Of a stretch of 64,000 nt of DNA, positions 9,403 to 18,060 are shown piece after piece. This DNA is from Candidatus Moraniibacteriota bacterium (GTDB lineage: Bacteria; Patescibacteriota; Minisyncoccia; Moranbacterales; UBA2206), in contig JBAQNU010000029.1 in assembly GCA_049304095.1 (NCBI GenBank), positions 34,222-98,221 of the forward strand. Reading direction: 5' to 3'. The notes beneath the pieces were generated by a model. It saw nothing but the letters and a program-made list of their open reading frames with translations. It was not told where the DNA came from and searched no databases. Both the position numbers and the translations under genes were made by a program. The stretch's first letter is position 1. Each line of letters begins with the position of its first letter.

Positions 9403-10197
9403 TCAAGGCCTGCTGGTAATGTCCGCGTCCATACTGTTATTTTTATCAAATAAATACTTCCCGGGTCTTAAATAGAACGACAAAGCAGTGAGATTATGCC
9501 CAAGAAACTTATTATCCTTGTAGAAAATATTATACTTAAACGCTTTCATTTCTTCCAAAAATTTCTGTCCACAATGAAAAGGAATTATCACATCGGCTTT
9601 GCTGAGAAAAATTGAAATTTTTTGGCATTTCAACCGATTAATATTATTTTCCGGAGCCAGCTTGCGCCAGTAGGCTCTTAGTTTTCTTAGGGTGATTTTA
9701 TTTTTTTCATAGGCCCGCCTTATCTCTTGCGTACTAATCCCTTTCCACAAAGATTCAGCTAAACAACGCCCAGGAATAATCAAAAAAATTTCATCAATGA
9801 GCGAATTGCCATTGGCCACCATGCAAGTATTGATGCAACCAATGCTAACGCCGATGAGATTTATTTTTTTAAATCTATGCTTTCTTTTAATTTTTTTAAC
9901 TTCTTCCTTGACAGCCTCTCGTATTTTGCCAAAATTCTCTACGGTCGTTTCCCAATTTGAAGATAAAATCGCTTCGGGAAATTCATACTCAAGCAATGAG
10001 TATCCGCGCCTCAGCAATTTTTTCCTGAGAAAATAATTAAGATAAAGTCGCCCTCCCCAAGGAGGGAGAACGACAAACAACTCCTCTGATCCTTTTTTGT
10101 GCCAGAGCTTCTTTTTCACAAGCTTTCTGGCAGGAATTTTTTCGTTGAAAACTTGCTTGCTATTTCTTATGTAAAAAAATATTTTATCAAAAATCAT
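9403..10197 (-). CDS. alpha/beta hydrolase fold protein
   Basis: GVSIG nucleophile elbow (GxSxG). 264 aa. Confidence 0.55.
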   Translation of the reverse strand: MIFDKIFFYIRNSKQVFNEKIPARKLVKKKLWHKKGSEELFVVLPPWGGRLYLNYFLRKKLLRRGYSLLEYEFPEAILSSNWETTVENFGKIREAVKEEVKKIKRKHRFKKINLIGVSIGCINTCMVANGNSLIDEIFLIIPGRCLAESLWKGISTQEIRRAYEKNKITLRKLRAYWRKLAPENNINRLKCQKISIFLSKADVIIPFHCGQKFLEEMKAFKYNIFYKDNKFLGHNLTALSFYLRPGKYLFDKNNSMDADITSRP

Positions 10198-10320
10198 TTG
10201 AAATTATTGTTTAGGTTTTTTATTGAAATCTATGTAGCACCTAAATCATACCACAGATTTTTTTGACTTATATTGCTTTTCTCCCCTCGCACACTCTCAA
10301 AAATTGCTCGAAAAGCATCA

Positions 10321-11073
10321 TCATTTAATTCCTTTCCAAATAAAATTGATAAAGTTTTTCTGCAAATCAGCAATCGCCTTATCTTTAATGATAACACCGA
10401 TTAGATTTTTGAAAGAGATGAAAGCAACTGTATCATCCACTACAAGAAGATTAGTTTCAAATTTGAATCCTTCTGGCAGTTGTTTGCTTTTGATAAATTT
10501 TTTATATTCCGGATTATTTAGTGTTTCAATATTATTTTCAGTTTTTTCGACTAAACTATAAAGCATTCCGCCATTATTATAGAGAATCATGAGCAAGTCA
10601 TGATTTTCTTTTATTGAGAAGAGGTTAAAGAGATTGTCAGGAGAAAACATGGAATAGATATTTTTATGCGTATCAAAGATCTGCTGATAAACCTTTTTTA
10701 TCCCTTCCTTGCCTTCATAGAAACTGATGTTGGGTTTTTGAAATTTTGCGGAATAAAGCGACTCGAGCTCTGGAATAACTTTTTCCATTTTTCTTTTTTT
10801 TTCTTCAATTTGTCTTTTTTGCACATCCAAAAGCCCCGTGATTTTTCTTGGATTTTCAAGACAATAGGAAATCCGCTTTCCATCAACTGTTTTATAGACC
10901 AAGCCGGAACTAGAAAGACTTTCAATGTATTCATAGACAGTCGTTCTTTTAATGCCAGTTTTGCGAGAAATATCCGTGATCGTTCCTTTGCCTAAAACTA
11001 AAATAGCCAGATAAACAGCTATTTCTTTAGCGGATAAGCCTAAAATGCTAAGTTTTTCTTTAATATTTTCCAT
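10321..11073 (-). CDS. TrmB-like HTH transcriptional regulator, paralog 1
   Basis: The N-terminal LGLSAKEIAVYLAILVLGKGTITDISRKTGIKRTTVYEYIESL is a TrmB-type winged HTH. It is paralogous to 12688..13452 and 20778..21515. Confidence 0.7.
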   Translation of the reverse strand: MENIKEKLSILGLSAKEIAVYLAILVLGKGTITDISRKTGIKRTTVYEYIESLSSSGLVYKTVDGKRISYCLENPRKITGLLDVQKRQIEEKKRKMEKVIPELESLYSAKFQKPNISFYEGKEGIKKVYQQIFDTHKNIYSMFSPDNLFNLFSIKENHDLLMILYNNGGMLYSLVEKTENNIETLNNPEYKKFIKSKQLPEGFKFETNLLVVDDTVAFISFKNLIGVIIKDKAIADLQKNFINFIWKGIK

Positions 11074-11200
11074 AAGCCTAGATTAGCATGTTTTCCAAGT
11101 TTCGTCAATAATTTTCGTCACATTTTATACTAATATAAAATAACTATGGCTATTTTAAAGCTTTTTAACATAATTAGTCATCGCTATTAGTCCGATATTA

Positions 11201-11229
11201 TTGACGTATTGACTAAAATTTGCTATACT
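11201..11229 (+). promoter_or_regulatory. sigma70-like promoter TTGACG-N17-TATACT sharing the AAATTTGCTATACT motif with the promoters of the other two TrmB-like paralogs
   Basis: ttgacgTATTGACTAAAATTTGCtatact. It is oriented toward the small ORF at 11287. Confidence 0.45.
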
Positions 11230-11286
11230 AGCTTGTCATAGTTCATTAATAATCAATGGTCAGTGATTACTGGCGAAGGAGGTAAA

Positions 11287-11439
11287 ATGTACGAAAGAAA
11301 AAAAATAACGCTAGTCGACTGGCTTTTATTGCCAGTTGCGATAATCCTAAACATCCTAGAATATCTAGGATGGCAGAGAATCGCATTGTTAGTCGTGACA
11401 GTACTGCTAACGCGATTCTTTTGGGTATTTCTTTGGTAG
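11287..11439 (+). CDS. 50-aa hydrophobic peptide (mini transcription unit: promoter, RBS, ORF, terminator)
   Basis: aGGAGGtaaaATG RBS. Product MYERKKITLVDWLLLPVAIILNILEYLGWQRIALLVVTVLLTRFFWVFLW. A terminator follows immediately. Confidence 0.45.
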   Translation: MYERKKITLVDWLLLPVAIILNILEYLGWQRIALLVVTVLLTRFFWVFLW

Positions 11440-11444
11440 TCTCA

Positions 11445-11483
11445 AGGGAAGTGTTCATCGCGACACTTCCCTTTTTTATTTTT
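11445..11483 (+). terminator. rho-independent terminator (GGGAAGTGT..ACACTTCCC plus a T-run); near-duplicate of the terminator at 14410
   Basis: aGGGAAGTGTtcatcgcgACACTTCCCttttttattttt. It shares the 17-nt aagggaagtgttcatcg with 14409-14425. Confidence 0.65.
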
Positions 11484-11514
11484 AAAAAATCGACAAATTC
11501 TTTTTGGTTCTGGC

Positions 11515-11620
11515 TTTTGTTTTTTTCTTTATTCAACCTCAAACGCACCACCTTTGTTTGAGTTTTTCGCCCCAAGCCACATGCTCTCAAAAATCGCCCG
11601 AAAGCCATTGTGGATTTTTT
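11515..11620. repeat. 106-bp direct repeat copy A (about 96% identical to 12674..12779); an intergenic relic of a TrmB-like gene 3' end
   Basis: Compared directly with copy B: 4 mismatches. The minus-strand translation gives FESMWLGAKNSNKGGAFEVE*, matching the C-terminus of the TrmB-like protein 12688..13452. Confidence 0.8.
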
Positions 11621-11696
11621 ATGCTATAATCAAAATACGGTAAAATTACCTACCTGAGCCATAAATGTTAAAAATTAATACTAGCTAGTAAGAAAT

Positions 11697-12437
11697 ATGA
11701 GACTAAAAAATAAAATTGCCTTAATAACCGGATCAAGCAGGGGGATTGGTAGGGCCACCGCCTTGTTATTCGCAAAAGAAGGCGCAAAAGTTGTAGTTAA
11801 TTATTTTTCCTCTGAGAAAGAGGCATTTGCCGTTGTTGATGAAATTAAAAAAATAGGCTCAGAAGTAATTGCAATAAAATGTGATATTTCCAAAGAAAAT
11901 GAAGTTATTGAAATGATTAACCAAGCAGTGGAAACTTTCGGAGGAATTGACATTCTTGTTAATAACGCAGGAATTGTTTATGATGTCCCGCTTTTTGAAA
12001 GAAGCGTTGAACAATGGAAAAGGACGTTGGATGTCAATTTGCTCGGAACTTTTCTTTGTAGTAAATATGCTTCCGAGCAAATGCTAGAAAAGACTGGCGG
12101 AAGAATAATTAACATATCTTCAACAAATGCCATAAATAGCTTCAGCCCAGACGCGATTGATTATGACGCTTCAAAAGCGGGCATAATAACCCTAACTAAA
12201 GATTTCGCGAAAGAACTTGCTCCAAAGATACAGGTTAATGCAATTGCTCCAGGTTGGGTAGATACTAACATGAATAAAGATTTATCCAAAGAATTTATTG
12301 AAGATGAAACAAGCAAGATATATCTGAAAAGATTTGCGCAACCAGAGGAAATAGCAAAAGCAATTTTATTTTTTGCAAGTGATGATGCTAGTTATATTAC
12401 AGGAAGCGTTCTAGTCGTAGATGGCGGACACGATTAA
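11697..12437 (+). CDS. short-chain dehydrogenase/reductase (FabG-like SDR)
   Basis: TGSSRGIG cofactor motif, NNAG, and the YDASKAG catalytic YxxxK. 246 aa. Confidence 0.85.
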   Translation: MRLKNKIALITGSSRGIGRATALLFAKEGAKVVVNYFSSEKEAFAVVDEIKKIGSEVIAIKCDISKENEVIEMINQAVETFGGIDILVNNAGIVYDVPLFERSVEQWKRTLDVNLLGTFLCSKYASEQMLEKTGGRIINISSTNAINSFSPDAIDYDASKAGIITLTKDFAKELAPKIQVNAIAPGWVDTNMNKDLSKEFIEDETSKIYLKRFAQPEEIAKAILFFASDDASYITGSVLVVDGGHD

Positions 12438-12673
12438 TTTGGTTGCTCAATATAACGTCTTCTCCCCTTTCAACTTAAATGTTTTTCGCCTCTCGCGTGC
12501 TCTTGAATATCGCCCAAGTCTTGGCTTTTTTTCCAGCGGATGGCCCGAGCGATGTGGACAAATAAAAAAAGACCCTCCGCTAAGTGTGGTGTATAAACCA
12601 CGGCCGAAAGCCTTTTTCTATCTCTAATATTACCAGGTTCTGAGAATATGTCAATAGCGCAATTCCGCACTGG

Positions 12674-12779
12674 TTTTGTTTTTTTCTTTATTCAACCTCA
12701 GACGCACCACCTTTACTTGAATTTTTCGCCCCAAGCCACATGCTCTCAAAAATCGCCCGAAAGCCATTGTGGATTTTTT
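12674..12779. repeat. 106-bp direct repeat copy B, forming the 3' end of the TrmB-like gene 12688..13452
   Basis: See copy A. The two copies flank the SDR gene about 1.16 kb apart. Confidence 0.8.
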
Positions 12780-13452
12780 GACTCTCAATGATAATCCCGA
12801 GATCCTCCCCATAGGAAATGATACCGATTTTCGTTTTGCCATAGATTTTTATTTCAATATCAAACTCAGAAAAAACATTATTGGACACAAACTGGGTTAC
12901 GACAATGAATTTTTGCATTTTTTGTGAGGCTTCCCTATTCACCTGTGTATCCGGAGCAAGCACGCGCATCCAAATCTTTTTCTCTACTCGCTTGGGATTG
13001 TAATATTCCCAAAAAAACTCTTCGCCCAAATTGAGATAGGGATAGGGCATCCAAGTCAGGATTTCGCTGTCTGGATATTTTAGTGTATCTTCAAAAATTT
13101 CTTTCACACTCTCCACTCCTTCAAAATAGCTAATCCGTGGCTTTTTTTCCAAAAGGTTCATCATGGAGATCAGCTGGGGCATCGCTTCTTCCAAGCCTTT
13201 TTTCTTTTCTTCCAACGAATCAATCATTTTTTGCGGGTTTTCAGCGAAAAAAACCGGCCGGGTTTTGTGACGCGATTGATTGATGAGCCTTTTTTCCTTG
13301 AGAATTTCCAGCATATCATAGACCGTAGAGCGCTTTATCTGCGACTTTTTTGTAATTTGGACAATTGTCGCCTCGCCCAACTCCAAAATCGCCAGATAGA
13401 CCTTGGCCTCGCGCTCCCCCAGTCCTGCCTTGATTAATTGTTGTAAAACCAT
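12688..13452 (-). CDS. TrmB-like HTH transcriptional regulator, paralog 2
   Basis: N-terminal LGEREAKVYLAILELGEATIVQITKKSQIKRSTVYDMLEILKEKRL. Its last ~25 aa are encoded by repeat copy B. Confidence 0.7.
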   Translation of the reverse strand: MVLQQLIKAGLGEREAKVYLAILELGEATIVQITKKSQIKRSTVYDMLEILKEKRLINQSRHKTRPVFFAENPQKMIDSLEEKKKGLEEAMPQLISMMNLLEKKPRISYFEGVESVKEIFEDTLKYPDSEILTWMPYPYLNLGEEFFWEYYNPKRVEKKIWMRVLAPDTQVNREASQKMQKFIVVTQFVSNNVFSEFDIEIKIYGKTKIGIISYGEDLGIIIESQKIHNGFRAIFESMWLGAKNSSKGGASEVE

Positions 13453-13491
13453 ATATTTCTAGCTATTAACGCCATTTGCGTCGTTATTCTA

Positions 13492-13520
13492 AGTATAGCA
13501 AATTGTGCCTATTTTGTCAA
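13492..13520 (-). promoter_or_regulatory. promoter of TrmB-like paralog 2: TTGACA-N17-TATACT with the AATTTGCTATACT motif
   Basis: The reverse complement reads ttgacaAAATAGGCACAATTTGCtatact, 40 nt upstream of the ATG. Confidence 0.5.
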
Positions 13521-13579
13521 TATATAAGCCAAATTACGTAATCTATATTTCTATTATATTCAAGACACTATCGCAACTA

Positions 13580-13608
13580 GTGACAAAATTGTCAAAATGA
13601 GCTATAAT
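13580..13608 (+). promoter_or_regulatory. promoter GTGACA-N17-TATAAT overlapping a TGACA-N4-TGTCA palindrome (operator-like)
   Basis: agTGACAaaatTGTCAaaatgagcTATAATgac. It drives the gene starting at 13671. Confidence 0.5.
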
Positions 13609-13670
13609 GACAAGTCATGAAATAATTCGTGACATGCACATTAAAAACTATAAAAAAAGGAGTGAATACC

Positions 13671-14402
13671 ATGGAAAGAATAAATAGGTGTGACCACCTG
13701 ACTGCGTTGATTAAAGCCAATTGTATTGAAAAAGCCTTGGAGATAATTATTTCAGAAAAAGAGTGCCATTTGGCATCTAGCGCTGTTTGTGCAGCACTAA
13801 ATTGCGAGAATGCACCGACGGGGCTAATCGAAGTGGCGCTCGAAAAATTCCGGAGCACCTATGAATATAATGGGGCGGCACATCAACAATGGACCTACCA
13901 ATATTCCCAGTTCTCTGACAGGCTGTGGAAAAGGAGGCTAACCAAATGGATACGCGAGTTCAACGAGGTGTCCTTCAGAGGAACAAGTCGGTTTGGTTGT
14001 CACCGACTAGAATGTTCCGATCGTTTCGTTCATGATTTTGTAAGATTTTCCACTTGGAGTGATGACCCAGCAAAATTTCATCTGACTTTAGAAAATTTGA
14101 AGTGGCTGGATTGGAAAACTCAATGTTGGTGTGATTCTATAGAATACGGAAAAGCTCGCATAGGGGCGAGCAAGTTTGAAACGGAGAAAGATTTCTTGCT
14201 ATGGGAACTTTCTCTGCCACTCGAGACTTTTCGAGAGTTGGATTATCAGACTCAAAAAAAAGCCATTCCCGTAGTAAAGCTGTATAGTCGTTTATGCAGA
14301 CTTGAAGAACTCTTTGTAAACACATCCACTTGCGAATTCCTGAATCTCAGGAAGGAGCTCGCGAGAATTGAACTAGAGCAAATTGAAGATCTTGAGAAGT
14401 AG
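13671..14402 (+). CDS. hypothetical Cys/Trp-rich protein, GC-richer than its surroundings by eye
   Basis: Start chosen at the ATG preceded by aaaGGAGtgaatacc; the ORF track begins at 13629. There is no recognisable family motif. Many Cys and Trp residues. Terminator at 14410. Confidence 0.5.
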   Translation: MERINRCDHLTALIKANCIEKALEIIISEKECHLASSAVCAALNCENAPTGLIEVALEKFRSTYEYNGAAHQQWTYQYSQFSDRLWKRRLTKWIREFNEVSFRGTSRFGCHRLECSDRFVHDFVRFSTWSDDPAKFHLTLENLKWLDWKTQCWCDSIEYGKARIGASKFETEKDFLLWELSLPLETFRELDYQTQKKAIPVVKLYSRLCRLEELFVNTSTCEFLNLRKELARIELEQIEDLEK

Positions 14403-14409
14403 TACCTAA

Positions 14410-14449
14410 GGGAAGTGTTCATCGTAACGCTTCCCTTTTTTTATTTTTC
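14410..14449 (+). terminator. rho-independent terminator, near-duplicate of the one at 11445
   Basis: aaGGGAAGTGttcatcgtaaCGCTTCCCtttttttattttt. Confidence 0.65.
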
Positions 14450-14456
14450 ATACCAA

Positions 14457-15227
14457 CTAGCACCCTTCCATAAACTCTATCATTTTCTTGATTTCGCTTT
14501 TTTTAATATTTTTGCGAAAATATTCTTTGGTCATATCTTTGGGGAAATGCGCAGCTGAGGTGTGGGTAATCAGAAGATTTGATGCCTCGGCTTGAAACTT
14601 ATGAATAATTTTGTCCGCCAAAACTGAACCGTCGTGCTTATTTATTACTAAAATATACGGGCGGTTTCCAAGAGAACAACCATGATTCTTATTAACCAAA
14701 AGTATCTTAGCCGTTTCAAAAAAAGTTCGCGCATCAATTTCGTTCAAATATTTTTTGATTTTTTCGTTAATGTTCGCGCTAGAGCCGAACAAAAATTTTC
14801 CTTGAAAAAACGGGCTGTGCCACGCGCGATAGAAAATATTGAAAAACCGCAAAACTGAAATCATACCAACAAAAAGAATTTTTTGTCTAGTTGATAGGTT
14901 CAAAGAAGCTGTTCCCAGATATGGCTCTATTGCGAGAATCCCTTTGCAATGCTTTTTGTCTTTGACTAAATTCACCACCACAAACCCAAAAGAAACCCCA
15001 GCGATCCAGTAGCTTTCCAATTTGAGTTTTTTGATTTCTTTTTTTACATAGAGCGCATAGCTCTCCAACTCGATTTTTTTCAGCGGCGCAATCGTTTTAA
15101 CAAAGCCAGGCAGATCGATTGGATAAACCGTGAAATAGTCTCGCAAAAAATCATAGAAGCCCTTGAGAATAAAGCTATTGGTCGGAAATGAATGCACAAT
15201 GACTAGATTTGGTTTTGGTTTTTTCAT
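14457..15227 (-). CDS. alpha/beta hydrolase fold protein
   Basis: IAGVSFG nucleophile elbow. Start taken at the internal MKKPKPNLVIVHS (15227) because the ORF-track start at 15278 would overlap the upstream dinD-like gene. Confidence 0.55.
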   Translation of the reverse strand: MKKPKPNLVIVHSFPTNSFILKGFYDFLRDYFTVYPIDLPGFVKTIAPLKKIELESYALYVKKEIKKLKLESYWIAGVSFGFVVVNLVKDKKHCKGILAIEPYLGTASLNLSTRQKILFVGMISVLRFFNIFYRAWHSPFFQGKFLFGSSANINEKIKKYLNEIDARTFFETAKILLVNKNHGCSLGNRPYILVINKHDGSVLADKIIHKFQAEASNLLITHTSAAHFPKDMTKEYFRKNIKKSEIKKMIEFMEGC

Positions 15228-15249
15228 TTTATTATAATCTTGTTCCTGT

Positions 15250-16098
15250 TTATTTATTTCTTTTTTTCTTCCCCGCACCCCTAATTAACTTCTTATCCTC
15301 CGACTTTATTTTCCTTTCCACCTTTTTCACATCCTCTTCCGGTGGCAAATTTTCTGGCACAATGCCACGACTCATTAAAGTTTTTCTGACACTTTTATTG
15401 TTTGTGATATGCTCATTGGAAATGGCGCTCTCTGTTTGCATATTTTTCCTTTTCGCATTAAAAATCGTGATCTCCGTCGCAAAATCCTTAGCTTTGAGAA
15501 GAATGGTTGGCATAAAATCAGCCAGCGGCTTGCTATCTTTAATATTCCATCTTACTTTCATCTCCTGTGTCGTTTTACTAAAAAGCGCCTTATCTCCTTT
15601 GCTACGAATAAAAGCAAAGTTTCGATTATCGCCCGTTTGTTCAAAAATAACAACAGAAAGTTCTTTTTCTGTTTTTGAAAGTTTTTTTCTGGCTTGTAAT
15701 CTTTCTGATTCCAAAATCCGCTTCTCAATTATTTCTAATTTCCTTGTCTGAACGGCAAAATATGTTTGAGCGAAAGCGATTTCATTTTTCTTCGGATCAC
15801 CATTTTGGGCTATAAGATAACACGCATAGCGCGTAAGCATAATATCATCTATCTCCTTTTTCGCACCCGAGCCGATGGTGACCATTTTGTTGACGTCAAC
15901 AAAATGGTCTGGAATAGATTGTCCTGAAACATCGCAGGCTATTTTGGCCTTTTCTATAACACCTACAAAATTTCTCCATTCATTGTAGCCAAGCAAATAT
16001 TGCAAGTCACGAGCCAACCAAAACTCTAAACCATTGACTGCTTTTTGACCAATTGATTCAAAATTCTTGGTCAGTGATTTTATAATTTCTTTTTCCAT
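15250..16098 (-). CDS. dinD: DNA damage-inducible protein D (DinD) homolog
   Basis: [44 protein letters not shown] and QTYFAVQTR parallel E. coli DinD (WSARELAPLLDYRDWRNF, DHFVETTKMV, LSRYACYLVVQNGDP, QTYFAIQTR). Confidence 0.7.
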   Translation of the reverse strand: MEKEIIKSLTKNFESIGQKAVNGLEFWLARDLQYLLGYNEWRNFVGVIEKAKIACDVSGQSIPDHFVDVNKMVTIGSGAKKEIDDIMLTRYACYLIAQNGDPKKNEIAFAQTYFAVQTRKLEIIEKRILESERLQARKKLSKTEKELSVVIFEQTGDNRNFAFIRSKGDKALFSKTTQEMKVRWNIKDSKPLADFMPTILLKAKDFATEITIFNAKRKNMQTESAISNEHITNNKSVRKTLMSRGIVPENLPPEEDVKKVERKIKSEDKKLIRGAGKKKRNK

Positions 16099-16362
16099 AA
16101 ATTCATTTTAAATAAAGCTAATTATGACCCTAGCTAGATTATATCATGTCTCGTTCCACGCTATCATTCTCCCAGCTCCCACAAAGAATCAAAAAATTCT
16201 TGCTGGCTTTTGGCTTTGCGGTTAAAAAATTTCTTAAGTATTTAGCATTTTAGGTTAACTGAGGAGCTCAGCTATTTTAGCCGCGCACCGCTCTCCATAT
16301 CCCACCACCACAATTCCTTCCAGCTGAGTTTGACTAGGCTGTAAATTTCAAAATCTAAGTTT

Positions 16363-17493
16363 TTACTTTTCTACAATTTTATTCGCGGCATATATGCCGG
16401 TTATAAATGCATCTTCCAGCCCTACCACATTATAATCACCAATAAGATATAAGTTGTCATCCACATTTGCCTCAATTAAACTGTGCCCGTTGATATTGCC
16501 GACCGGTTTCCAAAATTTGTGCTCAATCACGGAAGCTTCTGTGAAAAATTCTCTAAAATTCGGCTTTTGTTTTTTTGAATAATAAAGATACGTACCGTCT
16601 AGCTGGCGAGAGATCGCCAGAGTGTCCATATTTGGATCAAACATTTGAAACTCCCCTTTTTTGATTTTGAAATTCGGTTTTCCCTTAACATGGAACATGT
16701 GCGCATCAACTGGCTTATTAATTTTTTCTTTTATTTTTATTAGTTTTCTCGATGTCTCGATTTGAGTGGCTAAAACAACGTTTTTTGTTTTATAAGTAGC
16801 TGTTTTTGTGCAGACAATATAGTTATTTTTTTCCTTCTCAATCTTAATCACACAATCTATAATGATTTTATTTTTAAACCGAGCAATCATTGAATCCTTT
16901 TTGAATCTAAATTCATAAAATGGCACAATAAGTGGCAATGAAAATTGCAAATAATTAAAAGCATTCATATCACTAATCGGAGAAAATGTGCACGCGTTCA
17001 GACTTTGAGCAATAATATTTCTTGTCAACTCTTCTAATTGATGCTTTTTGATAAAATCCTCAACCTTAGTTTTAAAAAGCTGCAAAAGGTAGTCATCCTC
17101 TTCAAGCGCCTGCTTTTGCGATATAGTTTCAGACTTTTTTCTGAATACATAGAAGTGTTTTCTAAATTTTCTCAACAAAAAAATCAGACGCACGAATTGT
17201 GGCAAATAAATCAGTGATCTCAAGCTAAAAAGCAAATAATTTCTAGACTTTTTGTGAAACAAAAATTTTGACAATCTGATTCTCCTGCCCAAAAAAACAT
17301 GCTGAAGAAAATGGTTGTAGTCCTCACAAACAAAATACGCGCCATAATTAACATTTCCATCATCTGACGTTAAAATTCTCCCGCCGATATCTTCTGAAAT
17401 TAACAAAAAATCTTTTTTAGCCTCATCCAACCTCTTCGCACAGGCCAGTCCAGCTATACCACCACCAATAATTATTGTTTCGATATTTTTCAT
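16363..17493 (-). CDS. FAD/NAD(P)-binding oxidoreductase (amine-oxidase-like fold)
   Basis: N-terminal IIGGGIAGLACA dinucleotide-binding motif. 376 aa. Confidence 0.55.
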   Translation of the reverse strand: MKNIETIIIGGGIAGLACAKRLDEAKKDFLLISEDIGGRILTSDDGNVNYGAYFVCEDYNHFLQHVFLGRRIRLSKFLFHKKSRNYLLFSLRSLIYLPQFVRLIFLLRKFRKHFYVFRKKSETISQKQALEEDDYLLQLFKTKVEDFIKKHQLEELTRNIIAQSLNACTFSPISDMNAFNYLQFSLPLIVPFYEFRFKKDSMIARFKNKIIIDCVIKIEKEKNNYIVCTKTATYKTKNVVLATQIETSRKLIKIKEKINKPVDAHMFHVKGKPNFKIKKGEFQMFDPNMDTLAISRQLDGTYLYYSKKQKPNFREFFTEASVIEHKFWKPVGNINGHSLIEANVDDNLYLIGDYNVVGLEDAFITGIYAANKIVEK

Positions 17494-17533
17494 ATTCGCA
17501 ACGCTCCCCTTTTTTATTTTAAATGCCTTGATT

Positions 17534-17974
17534 TTAATTCAGTTCTTTCTCTTCCATTTCTCGCTCCTGTTTTTTCTCCTTTTCGACGACATATTCTTCC
17601 GTTTTTTCAAAAACAGCCTTAGCATCTTCTCCTTTTTCAGCTAATTTTTTTGCAAATTCAAAAACATCTCTTACTTCTTCCAAGTTTTTACCCACATCCC
17701 AGACAGAATAGCCACCAATATTCAAACAATGCTGGCCCTCGCTGGGGCTGAATTCAGTAATAAACATCTTAATTCCATTAAATTCTCCGCTACACTGATG
17801 GCCGATATTAACTGATTGCATGTAATCCATTTGGCCATCAGTCAAATTAAAACGCCCATCCTTTCCTTCAATCGCTCCACCACTTTTTAAACGATCATCG
17901 GACTTCTTTCTTTTTTCCTTAAAATTTTTTATTTGTTCAGCTGTTAATGGTTTTGGCATTTCATTGATTCCCAT
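17534..17974 (-). CDS. hypothetical protein
   Basis: 146 aa ORF with an acidic C-terminal tail and no recognisable motif. Confidence 0.35.
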   Translation of the reverse strand: MGINEMPKPLTAEQIKNFKEKRKKSDDRLKSGGAIEGKDGRFNLTDGQMDYMQSVNIGHQCSGEFNGIKMFITEFSPSEGQHCLNIGGYSVWDVGKNLEEVRDVFEFAKKLAEKGEDAKAVFEKTEEYVVEKEKKQEREMEEKELN

Positions 17975-18060
17975 ATTTTTTTGCTGGCAAATGAATTGCC
18001 AAAGTTATTGATTAAATCTCTATAATCAATATTATAGCAAAACAGCCACAAATCACAAAC

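Noticed and set aside
11267-11608. 113-aa minus-strand ORF (MAFGRFLRACGLGRK...), with a shorter cousin at 12651..12842.
   Set aside because: It is produced by reading the 106-bp repeat (a TrmB-like 3' end relic) in the wrong frame, and it runs antisense through a well-supported small gene and terminator. It is an artefact of the duplication.
12440-12690. Short ORFs 12421..12627 (+) and 12470..12670 (-) after the SDR gene, and a weak ggccgaaagcc hairpin.
   Set aside because: There is no RBS, and the ORFs overlap each other on opposite strands. The stem is only 3 bp, too weak to call a terminator.
15209-15751. 180-aa plus-strand ORF overlapping the dinD-like gene.
   Set aside because: It is antisense to a gene with strong DinD co-linearity. 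The translation is low-complexity (F/L/S-rich).
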